Source of the DNA: a candidate division FCPU426 bacterium
GTDB taxonomy: Bacteria; Oederibacteriota; Muellerivitia; Muellerivitales; Muellerivitaceae
Assembly: GCA_963738405.1 (NCBI GenBank)
Contig: CAVTWJ010000001.1
Location: 18,844-82,843, forward strand
Direction: 5' to 3'
Length of the DNA stretch: 64,000 nt
Position numbers and translations under genes: made by a program. This document shows, in pieces, positions 1-9,407 of the stretch. The notes under the pieces were generated by a model. The model was given only the letters and a program-made list of their open reading frames with translations. It made no database searches and was not told where the DNA came from. Every line of letters begins with the position of its first letter. The first letter of the stretch is position 1.

Positions 1-1
1 C

Positions 2-601
2 CCGAAGATCCCCGCGAAAGATCGTTCCATACCTTTTCTTTTCCTGGCCAACATCCATCCCGCCCTTCAGATGAACGTGATTGGGCAAATGAAAAAGCCT
101 AAATTTACGCTCTTAGACACCATGAACCTTTGGATCAACATCGCCCGGAAGGATCTGCTGGATGTCATGAAGGAAGTGGACCTGATGGTCTTGAACGACC
201 AGGAAGTGAAGCTTTTAACCGGTATGAACCACTTGAAAGAAGCCGCCAAGGCGGTTTTGAAGTTGGGCCCCAAGCGGGTCATTGTGAAAAAGGGAGAACA
301 TGGGGCCATGCTGGTGGGCCCCGAGGGAACCTTTTTGGCTCCCGCCATGCCTTTGGATCGGGTGGTTGATCCCACAGGTGCGGGTGATACCTTTGCGGGA
401 GGCTTCATCGGATACCTAGCCCGGAAGGGAACGGTCAATTTGGAGAATCTCAAACAAGCCATCGTGGTGGGAAGTCTGACCGCTTCCTTTACCGTTCAGG
501 AACTGGGTGTTAAGGGCGTGGCGGGTCTGACCCTCTCCAAGGTGCGCCAAAGGGCCAAAGAATTCTATCGATTTGCCAGCCTTCCTCTCATAAAATTGTG
601 A
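2..601 (+). CDS. PfkB-family carbohydrate/nucleoside kinase (5'-truncated by window edge)
   Basis: Frame is open from nt 2 (PKIPAKDRSIPFLFLANIHPALQM...); motifs VKKGEHGA and DPTGAGDTFAGG. Confidence 0.9.
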   Translation, partial: PKIPAKDRSIPFLFLANIHPALQMNVIGQMKKPKFTLLDTMNLWINIARKDLLDVMKEVDLMVLNDQEVKLLTGMNHLKEAAKAVLKLGPKRVIVKKGEHGAMLVGPEGTFLAPAMPLDRVVDPTGAGDTFAGGFIGYLARKGTVNLENLKQAIVVGSLTASFTVQELGVKGVAGLTLSKVRQRAKEFYRFASLPLIKL

Positions 602-625
602 CCCAACAACGCAAATTCAAAGCCT

Positions 626-661
626 AAGCGCGCGGGGCAAGCCCTTCGCGCTTATCTTTTA
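626..661 (+). terminator. Putative intrinsic terminator / hairpin
   Basis: TAAGCGCG...CGCGCTTA stem followed by TCTTTT. Confidence 0.5.
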
Positions 662-670
662 TAGGGACCC

Positions 671-1855
671 GTGATGCCCATTCAAACCGAATCCAAACTC
701 ATCAAAAATTTTCCCCCTTATATTTTCGCCCGCTTAACCGCTGAAAGGCTTGCCGCCCGGCAAAAGGGAAAAGACGTCATCGATTTCACCATGGGAAACC
801 CGGATTCCCCGACGCCCCAACCCATCGTCGATAAACTCATTGAGGTTGTTCGGGATAAAAAATCTCACCGTTATTCCACTTCCAAGGGAATCCCGGCACT
901 CTTAAAGGCGGTTTCCCGCTGGTATGACCGTAAATATGGCGTCTCCATTGACCCCAAGACCGAGGCGGTTTCGATTATCGGTTCCAAGGAAGGCTTGGCC
1001 CATTTAGGCCTCGCGGTTATTAACAGGGGAGATCAGGTTTTCGTCCCGGACCCGACCTATCCCATTCATCAATACAGCGTCGTGATTGCCGGGGGAAAGC
1101 TGGTCAAGATCCCGGTTTTGGGCGGGCCGGAGGATTTTCTCAAGCGCTTGGAGAAAACCACCGCCAAGCGGGGCTCCAAGCCCAAAATGCTGATCATCAA
1201 TTTCCCCCATAACCCCACGACCATTTGTGTGGAAGCGGCTTTCTTTACCGAAATCGTCAAGTGGGCCAAAAGGCACCAGGTGATGGTGGTGCACGATTTA
1301 GCCTATGCCGATATCGTGTTTGACGACTACAAATCACCCAGTTTTTTGGCTACCAAGGGAGCCAAGGAAATTGGCGTCGAGACTTTTACCCTTTCCAAAT
1401 CCTACAACATGGCCGGATGGCGCATTGGGTTTTGCGCGGGCAATGAAAAGGTCATCGCCTCGTTGGCCCGCATTAAGAGCTACATGGATTATGGAATCTT
1501 TACCCCTATCCAGGTGGCCGCCATTACGGCCCTCGATAGCCCTGAGGAAAATTTGAGAAAACTGGCGGCCCTTTACCAGGAGCGCCGGGATGTCATGGCG
1601 GATGGCCTGAACGCCATGGGCTGGCCGGTGGAAAAACCCAAGGCTGCCATGTACCTCTGGGCCAAAATTCCAAAAAAATTCGCCCATATGAAATCGTTCG
1701 ACTTCGCCATGATGTTATTGAAAGAAGCGGAAGCCGCGGTTTCACCCGGGACCGGATTCGGGAAACTAGGGGAAGGTTACGTTCGTATCGCCTTAGTTGA
1801 AAACAAGGACCGCATCCGCCAGGCCCTAAGGAACATTAAAAAACTATTCGTTTAA
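671..1855 (+). CDS. alaC: Class I/II PLP aminotransferase, AlaC-like (alanine transaminase / LL-DAP aminotransferase family)
   Basis: PPYIF, MGNPD, IGSKEGLAHL, YPIH, TLSKSYNMAGWRIGF, LARIKSYMDYG; sits upstream of hom-thrC as alaC often does. Confidence 0.8.
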   Translation: MMPIQTESKLIKNFPPYIFARLTAERLAARQKGKDVIDFTMGNPDSPTPQPIVDKLIEVVRDKKSHRYSTSKGIPALLKAVSRWYDRKYGVSIDPKTEAVSIIGSKEGLAHLGLAVINRGDQVFVPDPTYPIHQYSVVIAGGKLVKIPVLGGPEDFLKRLEKTTAKRGSKPKMLIINFPHNPTTICVEAAFFTEIVKWAKRHQVMVVHDLAYADIVFDDYKSPSFLATKGAKEIGVETFTLSKSYNMAGWRIGFCAGNEKVIASLARIKSYMDYGIFTPIQVAAITALDSPEENLRKLAALYQERRDVMADGLNAMGWPVEKPKAAMYLWAKIPKKFAHMKSFDFAMMLLKEAEAAVSPGTGFGKLGEGYVRIALVENKDRIRQALRNIKKLFV

Positions 1856-1910
1856 TTTTAATGGGGAGAATCATCCCGGTGTCAATGACCGGGTTTTAGA
1901 GGAGAGACGC

Positions 1911-3080
1911 ATGGATATCGCAAACCGAATGAAACAAGTCGCGCCATCAATGACCCTGGCCATCGACGCGAAGGCCAAAAAATTGAAAGAGGAAGGCGTG
2001 GATGTACTTAATTTTGGCGCGGGGGAACCGGATTTTAATACGCCCCAATCCATCTGCGACGCGGCTAAGAAAGCCATCGATGAGGGTCACCACAAATACA
2101 CGCCCGTGCCTGGAACCTTGGAACTGCGCAAGGCCATTGGTCAATACTTAGAAAAAGAATACAAGGTCAAATACGAACCCGCCGAAATCGTGGCTTCCTG
2201 TGGAGCCAAGCATTCTCTCTATAACATTTTTATGGCGCTCATTAACCCTGGGGACGAGGTTTTAATTCCTTCCCCCTTCTGGGTCAGCTATCCCGAACAG
2301 GTCAAGCTTGCGGGCGGCATCCCCGTTTATGTCGAATGTTCAGAAGCGGATGAATTCAAACTTTCGCCGGAAGCCTTGAAGAGCAAAATCACACCCAAGA
2401 CCAAGGCGTTGGTTCTTAATTCTCCCAGCAACCCCACGGGAGCCGTTGTGGGGCGAAAGGCCATGGAAGGAATTGCCGAGTTGGCGTTGAAGCACCAATT
2501 CACCGTGATCTCGGATGAGATCTATTCCAAATTGATTTACGGTGAGGAACATGTGTGCTTTCCATCCCTCTCCAAACAGGTAGCGGCTCAAACGATACTG
2601 GTCAACGGCATGTCCAAGGCTTTTGCCATGACGGGCTGGCGGTTGGGTTACGCCGCGGGACCGGCCAATATGATGAAGGCCATCGCCGATTTGCAGGGTC
2701 AATCCACCTCTAACGCGACGGCCATCGTGCAAAAAGCCGGTGTGGCCGCTCTGGCATTGCCTGATTCGGAAATTCAAAAGATGGTCTCGGTATTCCAAAA
2801 ACGCCGGGACATGATCGTGGAGGGTTTAAACGCGATTCCTGGAATCAAGTGCCTGAAGCCGGCGGGGGCTTTTTACGTGTTCCCGAACGTGAAGGGCCTT
2901 TTCAAGCCGGGCCGGGCCAACTCACTCGAATTATCGGATTATCTCCTCGACAAGGCCAAGGTGGCTATCACGCCGGGTATCGCCTTTGGCGCTGAAGGGT
3001 ACCTAAGGATGTCCTATGCCACCAGCGAGAAGACAATCATGGAAGGTTTGAAGAGAATTAGGGAAACGGTTGGTGGGTGA
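1911..3080 (+). CDS. Aspartate aminotransferase (class I PLP)
   Basis: GAGEPDFNTP, NSPSNPTG, SDEIY, NGMSKAFAMTGWRLGY. Confidence 0.9.
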   Translation: MDIANRMKQVAPSMTLAIDAKAKKLKEEGVDVLNFGAGEPDFNTPQSICDAAKKAIDEGHHKYTPVPGTLELRKAIGQYLEKEYKVKYEPAEIVASCGAKHSLYNIFMALINPGDEVLIPSPFWVSYPEQVKLAGGIPVYVECSEADEFKLSPEALKSKITPKTKALVLNSPSNPTGAVVGRKAMEGIAELALKHQFTVISDEIYSKLIYGEEHVCFPSLSKQVAAQTILVNGMSKAFAMTGWRLGYAAGPANMMKAIADLQGQSTSNATAIVQKAGVAALALPDSEIQKMVSVFQKRRDMIVEGLNAIPGIKCLKPAGAFYVFPNVKGLFKPGRANSLELSDYLLDKAKVAITPGIAFGAEGYLRMSYATSEKTIMEGLKRIRETVGG

Positions 3081-3134
3081 AGCCTGGGGATTGAGGTAAC
3101 TTGTAAAGCGGCGGGGTGAAGGCCCCCCTTTTTC

Positions 3135-3163
3135 TTGAATCCACCATCTTTTTACCCTAATCT
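3135..3163 (+). promoter_or_regulatory. Putative sigma70 promoter for the hom operon
   Basis: TTGAAT-N17-TAATCT. Confidence 0.45.
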
Positions 3164-3177
3164 ATAGTTCCTTTTGC

Positions 3178-3217
3178 GCAAAACGCCCCAAACTCCAATG
3201 ATTTTGGGGCGTTTTGC
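3178..3217 (+). promoter_or_regulatory. Perfect 15-bp hairpin in the hom leader
   Basis: GCAAAACGCCCCAAA-N10-TTTGGGGCGTTTTGC. Confidence 0.7.
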
Positions 3218-3254
3218 TATTTGTACACTGAAATGCGTTTAGCGGAGACGAAGC

Positions 3255-4577
3255 ATGGCCGAAAACAAGTCCATCATCCAAGTAGGAATGATCGGTTTTG
3301 GCACCGTAGGACAGGGTGTCTACCGCCTATTGGAAAAAAACCGCTCCGAGATCGAATCCAAGATCGGCGCCCAGCTAAGAATCAAGAAAATCATCGACCG
3401 GGACTGGAGCAAGACCCGGGATATCACTGTGCCCGAGTCCATGATGGGCACTCAGTTTGATGAAATCGTCACGGATCCCGATATCGACATCATTTTGGAA
3501 CTCATCGGGGGCTATGAACCGGCCCGTACCTATATTTTGGACGCCATGCGGCGTGGAAAACACGTGGTGACCGCCAACAAGGCGGTCCTTTCAGTCCATT
3601 GGGATGAAATCATCCAGACCGCCCGCCAGCACAAGGTGGATATTTATTTCGAGGCCGCCGTTTGCAGCGGAACCCCGGTGATTCAGGCCATCAATGACGG
3701 TCTTGCCCCTAATAACATCACTTCCATTTACGGAATCGTGAACGGCACCACCAATTTTATTCTTCAAAAGATGACGGAAGAAAAAAAGACGTTCAAGGAA
3801 GCTCTCCTGATGGCCCAAAAGAAGGGTTTGGCCGAAGCGGACCCGACCCTCGATATTAACGGCATGGATGCGGCGCATAAACTTTCCATTTTGGCCTCCT
3901 TGGCTTTCTCCAAAAGAGTGAAGGTGGAGGATATATATGTAGAAGGTATCGAAAAGATTTCGGTGCAGGATATCGAGTTCGCCCGGGAAGAATTCGGCCG
4001 GGTGGTGAAGCTTTTTGCCATAGCTGAGGTAGAAGGGGATGAATTGGAGGTTCGGGTTCATCCAACCCTAATCCCTGAAGACCACCTTTTGGCCAAGGTT
4101 GACGGCGAATATAACGGCGTGCTGGTAACGGGTGATTGGGTCGGAACCACCATGTATTACGGTCTGGGGGCGGGGCAGAGGCCCACAGCCTCAGGTGTGG
4201 TTAGCGATCTTATCTACGTAGGTCGGGCGGTACATGACAATATCGCGGGCGAAATTTCCAACGCCTGGTTCTTGAGCGACAACCCGCAGATCAAGCGCTT
4301 GAAGAAAATGGGCGACATCAAATCCCGTTATTACCTCAAATTCACGGTTTTGGATCAGGTGGGTGTGCTATCCGCGATTTCCAGAATCCTAGGCGAACAC
4401 CAAATCTCCATCGCTTCGGTCATTCAGAAGGAACAAAAGAAGGGCGATAAGGTGCCGGTGGTGATTGTTACTTACGAGGCAGTGGAAAAGAATGTTCAGG
4501 AAGCCTTGAAGAAGATCAACGGCTTGCCCTTTGTTCAGGAAGAAACGCTTTTGATCCGTATGGATCGAGGCGAGTAA
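3255..4577 (+). CDS. hom: Homoserine dehydrogenase with C-terminal ACT domain
   Basis: GFGTVG, VVTANK, FEAAV, GIVNGTTNFIL, AEADPTLDI, DAAHKL, GAGQRPTAS; ACT tail. Confidence 0.97.
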   Translation: MAENKSIIQVGMIGFGTVGQGVYRLLEKNRSEIESKIGAQLRIKKIIDRDWSKTRDITVPESMMGTQFDEIVTDPDIDIILELIGGYEPARTYILDAMRRGKHVVTANKAVLSVHWDEIIQTARQHKVDIYFEAAVCSGTPVIQAINDGLAPNNITSIYGIVNGTTNFILQKMTEEKKTFKEALLMAQKKGLAEADPTLDINGMDAAHKLSILASLAFSKRVKVEDIYVEGIEKISVQDIEFAREEFGRVVKLFAIAEVEGDELEVRVHPTLIPEDHLLAKVDGEYNGVLVTGDWVGTTMYYGLGAGQRPTASGVVSDLIYVGRAVHDNIAGEISNAWFLSDNPQIKRLKKMGDIKSRYYLKFTVLDQVGVLSAISRILGEHQISIASVIQKEQKKGDKVPVVIVTYEAVEKNVQEALKKINGLPFVQEETLLIRMDRGE

Positions 4578-5638
4578 TGGCCTATTGGCGCGGAGTTATC
4601 GAAGAATATCGTTCCTACCTTCCGGTTACGGATAAGACACCGGTGGTTACCCTGAAAGAAGGGGATACGCCCCTGCTTTTCGGGCCCCGAATTTCGGAAA
4701 AGCTCGGAAACGGGCTCAAAGTTTATTTTAAATTCGAGGGACTCAACCCCACTGGTTCGTTTAAGGACCGGGGCATGACAATGGCCATGTCCAAAGCCGT
4801 AGAAGAGGGAGCCAAAGTTGTCGTCTGCGCCTCCACGGGAAACACTTCGGCGGCAGCTGCCGCCTATTCGGCCCATGCGGGCCTTTCCTGCGCGGTTTTT
4901 TTGCCACACGGTTCCATTGCCCTTGGGAAACTTGCTCAATCCATGATTTACGGTGCCAAGGTCATCGCTGTGGAAGGAAGTTTCGACCAAGCCTTGAAGC
5001 TCACTCGCGATCTTGCGGACAAATATCCAGTCACGATGGTCAATTCCAACAATCCCTACCGTCTTCAAGGTCAAAAAACCGCCGCTTTTGAGATTGTCGA
5101 TACCCTTGGGGATGCTCCCGAATATCACGCCATCCCAGTTGGAAACGCCGGTAACATCACGGCCTATTGGATGGGTTATCAGGAATACCACCAAAAGGGT
5201 TTTTCCAAACGCCTGCCGAAGATGTGCGGTTTCCAGGCGGCTGGCTCGGCTCCCATTGTACTGGGTCATGTGGTGGAGAATCCCCATACCTTGGCGACGG
5301 CTATTAAAATTGGAAATCCCTATTCCTGGAAAAAAGCGGAAGAAGCCCGGGACCAATCCAAAGGTTTAATCGATTCGGTGACGGACCCCGAAATCCTGGA
5401 GGCCTATCAGCTCTTAGCCTCCACGGAGGGTATCTTTTGTGAACCGGCGTCCGCCGCTTCCCTGGCGGGGGTGATCAAAAAAAACAAAGAAGGCTATTTC
5501 ACCGATGGGGAACGCCGGATTGTCTGCACCTTGACGGGACACGGATTGAAAGACCCCGACCGGGCGGTGGCGATGTGCGCTCAGCCCGAAGTGGTGAAGC
5601 CCGAGATGGGCTCCATTTTAAAAGCCCTCAAACTTTAA
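4577..5638 (+). CDS. thrC: Threonine synthase (short, B. subtilis type)
   Basis: EGLNPTGSFKDRG, CASTGNTS, PVGNAGNI, FCEPASAAS; TAATG overlap with hom. Confidence 0.95.
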   Translation: MAYWRGVIEEYRSYLPVTDKTPVVTLKEGDTPLLFGPRISEKLGNGLKVYFKFEGLNPTGSFKDRGMTMAMSKAVEEGAKVVVCASTGNTSAAAAAYSAHAGLSCAVFLPHGSIALGKLAQSMIYGAKVIAVEGSFDQALKLTRDLADKYPVTMVNSNNPYRLQGQKTAAFEIVDTLGDAPEYHAIPVGNAGNITAYWMGYQEYHQKGFSKRLPKMCGFQAAGSAPIVLGHVVENPHTLATAIKIGNPYSWKKAEEARDQSKGLIDSVTDPEILEAYQLLASTEGIFCEPASAASLAGVIKKNKEGYFTDGERRIVCTLTGHGLKDPDRAVAMCAQPEVVKPEMGSILKALKL

Positions 5639-5680
5639 AGGCTCGTAAGCCGACCGAATCAACCTATAAGGATCGGAAAC

Positions 5681-6913
5681 ATGGCGATCATTGTTCAAAA
5701 ATACGGCGGCTCTTCTGTGGCGGACGCCGATAAGATGCTGGAAGTGGCCCGGCGCATCGCCAAGAACCGCAAACAGGGCAACGAGGTGGTGGTCGTGGTT
5801 TCCGCCCCTGGCGACACCACCGACGACCTGATCGCCAAGGCCCACCAGATCACCGACACCCCCGACGAGCGGGAAATGGACGTGTTGCTGGCAACCGGCG
5901 AACAGCAGTCCATCGCCTTGCTTTCCATCGCCCTCAAAAGCATGAACTGCGACGCCATCTCCTTCACGGGCCCCCAGGTGGGAATCGTCACCGATGATGT
6001 GCATACCAAAGCCCGCATCGTCAAAGTTGGCGATTCCAAGATTCGATCGGCCCTGAACCTGGGTAAGGTGGTCATCGTGGCGGGCTTCCAGGGAGAGAAC
6101 AAAGACCACGAAATCACGACCCTTGGACGGGGTGGAAGCGACCTGACGGCGGTGGCGATCGCCGCGGCCTTGAAGGCCGATGTCTGCGAGTTTTATAAGG
6201 ATGTGGACGGTGTTTTTACCGCCAATCCCGCTATCGTCAAGAACGCCCGTAAATTAGACGCCATCAGTTACGACGAAATGTTGGAAATGGCCAGCTCGGG
6301 GGCCCAGGTTTTGAACGCCCGCTCGGTGGAGTTCGCCAAGAACTTCGGCATCAAGATTCATGTGAGGCCGACATTTAACGAAAAGGATGGAACCATCGTC
6401 ATGCATGAAACCAAAGCCATGGAAAAGGTGGTCATCAGCGGAGTGACCTATAATAAAAACGAGGCCAAAATCACGATTAGGGGCGTGCCGGACCGGCCCG
6501 GGATCGCCTCCATCCTCTTTTCCAAGCTGGGCACCTCCGGCATCAACGTGGACATGATCATTCAAAACATCGGGGAAAAGGGTCATTCGGACCTTTCTTT
6601 TACGGTGGATCGTTCCGAGTTGAAAAAGGCCATGAAGGTCGTCAATGAGGCGGCGAAGGTATTAAAGCCCGCAGGGGTGATATCGGACGAAAACATCGCT
6701 AAGGTGTCGGTGGTGGGCGTCGGCATGAGGTCCCATTCGGGGGTGGCGGCCAGGATGTTCCAGGCCCTGGCTGAGAAAGAAGTGAATATCCTGATGATTT
6801 CCACCTCGGAGATTAAGATTTCGGTGGTCATTGACCAAAAGGACGTGGCCAAGGCGGTTTCGGCCATTCATGAGAAGTTTAAACTTGGTAAAAAGCCGTC
6901 AAGCGAAGGATAA
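5681..6913 (+). CDS. lysC: Aspartate kinase with two ACT domains
   Basis: VQKYGGSSV, VAGFQG, TLGRGGSDLTAV, ISTSEIKIS. Confidence 0.97.
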   Translation: MAIIVQKYGGSSVADADKMLEVARRIAKNRKQGNEVVVVVSAPGDTTDDLIAKAHQITDTPDEREMDVLLATGEQQSIALLSIALKSMNCDAISFTGPQVGIVTDDVHTKARIVKVGDSKIRSALNLGKVVIVAGFQGENKDHEITTLGRGGSDLTAVAIAAALKADVCEFYKDVDGVFTANPAIVKNARKLDAISYDEMLEMASSGAQVLNARSVEFAKNFGIKIHVRPTFNEKDGTIVMHETKAMEKVVISGVTYNKNEAKITIRGVPDRPGIASILFSKLGTSGINVDMIIQNIGEKGHSDLSFTVDRSELKKAMKVVNEAAKVLKPAGVISDENIAKVSVVGVGMRSHSGVAARMFQALAEKEVNILMISTSEIKISVVIDQKDVAKAVSAIHEKFKLGKKPSSEG

Positions 6914-6922
6914 GGTGGAGCT

Positions 6923-8515
6923 GTGAGCGAGAAAATAGTTCTATATGACGCCCTCTTAAGGGAAGGTCCCCAAACCCAGGGAATCAACCTGTCCGTGGAA
7001 GATAAAATATCGCTCGCCTTGGCCCTGGATGAACTGGGCCTTCATTATCTGGAAGGCGGATGGCCCGGCGCCAACCCCAAAGACACTCTCTTTTTCCAAA
7101 AAGCCAAAAAATTAAAGCTGAAAGCCAGGCTTTCGGCCTTCGGCATGACCCGCCGAGCCCATCACAAGGCGAACCAAGACCCGAGCCTCGTGGGTTTGGT
7201 GAAAGCCGAGGTGCGGACCATCACCGTAGTGGGCAAGACCTGGGATTTTCACGTCACCAAAGCCTTAGGCATTACCCTCGAGCAAAATTTGGAAATCATC
7301 AACGACTCGGTCAAATACCTGAAGTCCAAGACCGATGAGGTCTTTTTGGACGCGGAACATTTTTTTGACGGCTACAAGCACAACCCTGAATATTCCCTCA
7401 AATGTCTCGAGGCGGCCTTGCGGGCGAAGGCGGATTGCCTGGTGCTTTGCGATACCAATGGCGGCTCCTTGCCGGAGGAAATCGAGGCGGTAGTGACCCG
7501 CGTTCATCAGCGTTTTCCCGGAGTTTCGATCGGTATCCACTGCCACAACGATTCCGATCTGGCCGTGGCCAATACCATGGCGGCCCTGTCGGCCGGAGCG
7601 ACTCAAGTGCAGGGCTGCGTAAACGGCTACGGGGAAAGGGTGGGGAACACCAATCTGACATCATTGATTCCCAACCTGGCCTTGAAAAAGGGCCTTTCCT
7701 TCCTCCGTCCGGTACATCTGGATAAACTCACCGATGTTTCCCGCCGGGTGGATGAAATATTGAACCAGAACCCGCGCCCCAGCGCCCCCTATGTGGGCAA
7801 AAACGCCTTTACCCACAAGGGTGGAATGCACATCTCTGCCGTCCAAAAAGCCACCCAGGCCTATGAGCACGTGAACCCCGAACAGGTGGGCAACCAGCGA
7901 AAGCTGGTCCTATCCGATCAGTCGGGTGTCTCGGCGGTTTTGCACCAAGCTGGGAAGGGGCGCATCAAGCTCGATAAAAACACCCCCGAGGCCAAGGCCA
8001 TCATCGCGGAAGTGAAACAAATGGAAAGCGAGGGCTACCAGTTTGAGGGGGCGGAGGCTTCGTTCGAGCTTTTGCTCAAAAAAGCATTGGGAAAGCATCG
8101 CAACTTTTTTGATCTGGTGGGATTCCGGGTGATCGTTGAAAACCGCGGGGACGGAAAAATGATCAGCGAGGCCACGATAAAGTTAAAGGTCAATGGAGTC
8201 TTGGAAAACACGGTGGGCGAGGGGGATGGCCCCATTAACGCCTTGGATCAGGCCTTGCGGAAGGCCTTGACTAAATTTTACCCCGCCTTGAAAGAGGTCC
8301 GGCTCACGGATTTTAAGGTGCGGGTTCTGGACGCCAAGGAAGGCACCGCCGCCAAGGTGCGGGTCTTGATCGAAAGCCGCGACCAAAAGGACGCCTGGGG
8401 AACGGTGGGCGTATCCGAAAATATTATCGAGGCCTCTTGGGAGGCCTTGGTCGATTCCATCGACTATAAGCTGCTTAAGGATGGGGGCAAAAAAAGCAAC
8501 CGGCGGACTCGTTGA
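6923..8515 (+). CDS. cimA: Citramalate synthase
   Basis: EGGWPGANPKD, DAEHFFDG, CDTNGG, HCHND, HKGGMH, GYQFEGAEASFEL; follows aspartokinase. Confidence 0.93.
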   Translation: MSEKIVLYDALLREGPQTQGINLSVEDKISLALALDELGLHYLEGGWPGANPKDTLFFQKAKKLKLKARLSAFGMTRRAHHKANQDPSLVGLVKAEVRTITVVGKTWDFHVTKALGITLEQNLEIINDSVKYLKSKTDEVFLDAEHFFDGYKHNPEYSLKCLEAALRAKADCLVLCDTNGGSLPEEIEAVVTRVHQRFPGVSIGIHCHNDSDLAVANTMAALSAGATQVQGCVNGYGERVGNTNLTSLIPNLALKKGLSFLRPVHLDKLTDVSRRVDEILNQNPRPSAPYVGKNAFTHKGGMHISAVQKATQAYEHVNPEQVGNQRKLVLSDQSGVSAVLHQAGKGRIKLDKNTPEAKAIIAEVKQMESEGYQFEGAEASFELLLKKALGKHRNFFDLVGFRVIVENRGDGKMISEATIKLKVNGVLENTVGEGDGPINALDQALRKALTKFYPALKEVRLTDFKVRVLDAKEGTAAKVRVLIESRDQKDAWGTVGVSENIIEASWEALVDSIDYKLLKDGGKKSNRRTR

Positions 8516-9339
8516 AGCGGACCCAAACCCTTAAGCCGGTCCACCGTCCGGTTGGAATTTTCGATTCGGGGCTGGGCGGGTTAACCGTCGTCAAGGCGGT
8601 TCAAAAACAGCTTCCCAACGAAAATTTGGTTTACTTCGGCGACACGGCCCGGATTCCCTACGGCTCCAAGAGCCAAGATACCATCATCCATTACACACGG
8701 CAGATCATCCGGTTTCTCATGAAAAAGGAGAGGGTGAAGGTCCTGGTGGTGGCCTGCAATACTTCCTCGGCTTGGGCCTTGCAACAGGTCAAGCGTGAGT
8801 TCGATATTCCAATCCTGGGCGTGATCAACCCCGGGGCCCAGGCGGCGGTGGAAGCCACCCGCAACGGCCGCGTCGGGGTTATCGGCACGGAAGGAACCAT
8901 CTATTCGGACGCCTACCCCGAAGCCCTTCACGCCTTGAATCCCAAAACCAAAGTGTTCACTCAAGCCTGTCCCCTTTTCGTGCCGCTCGTGGAGGAAAGC
9001 AAGCTTTCCGGTCCGGTGATTGAGGCGGTGGCCCGGGAATATTTGCGGCCCCTTTTGCGCTCGAAGATCGACACTCTTTTGCTGGGTTGTACCCATTACC
9101 CCCTGCTCAAACCGGTTCTTCAAAAAATCGCCGGGCCGAAGGTGCGCATTGTGGATTCGGCCGAGGAAACGGCCAAAAGCCTGAGATTGAACCTGGAATC
9201 CTATGGGGGGGAATCGTCCGGAAGGGGAAGCTCGAAATTTTATGTCAGCGACCTTTCGAGAAAGTTCAAGGAGCACGCTCAAAAATTCTTGGGCCGCCCC
9301 ATCGCTAAGGTTGAGAAAATTTTCATAGAGAAGTATTAG
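8512..9339 (+). CDS. murI: Glutamate racemase
   Basis: FDSGLGGLTV, GDTARIPYG, VACNTSS, LGCTHYP. Confidence 0.97.
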   Translation: MKRTQTLKPVHRPVGIFDSGLGGLTVVKAVQKQLPNENLVYFGDTARIPYGSKSQDTIIHYTRQIIRFLMKKERVKVLVVACNTSSAWALQQVKREFDIPILGVINPGAQAAVEATRNGRVGVIGTEGTIYSDAYPEALHALNPKTKVFTQACPLFVPLVEESKLSGPVIEAVAREYLRPLLRSKIDTLLLGCTHYPLLKPVLQKIAGPKVRIVDSAEETAKSLRLNLESYGGESSGRGSSKFYVSDLSRKFKEHAQKFLGRPIAKVEKIFIEKY

Positions 9340-9355
9340 AAGCGGTTTGGGTTGG

Positions 9356-9383
9356 TTGACTTTGTTTTCTTTCAACTTACAAT
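9356..9383 (+). promoter_or_regulatory. Putative sigma70 promoter
   Basis: TTGACT-N16-TACAAT. Confidence 0.6.
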
Positions 9384-9407
9384 GAGAATCAAGCTCGGAG
9401 GTTTCCT

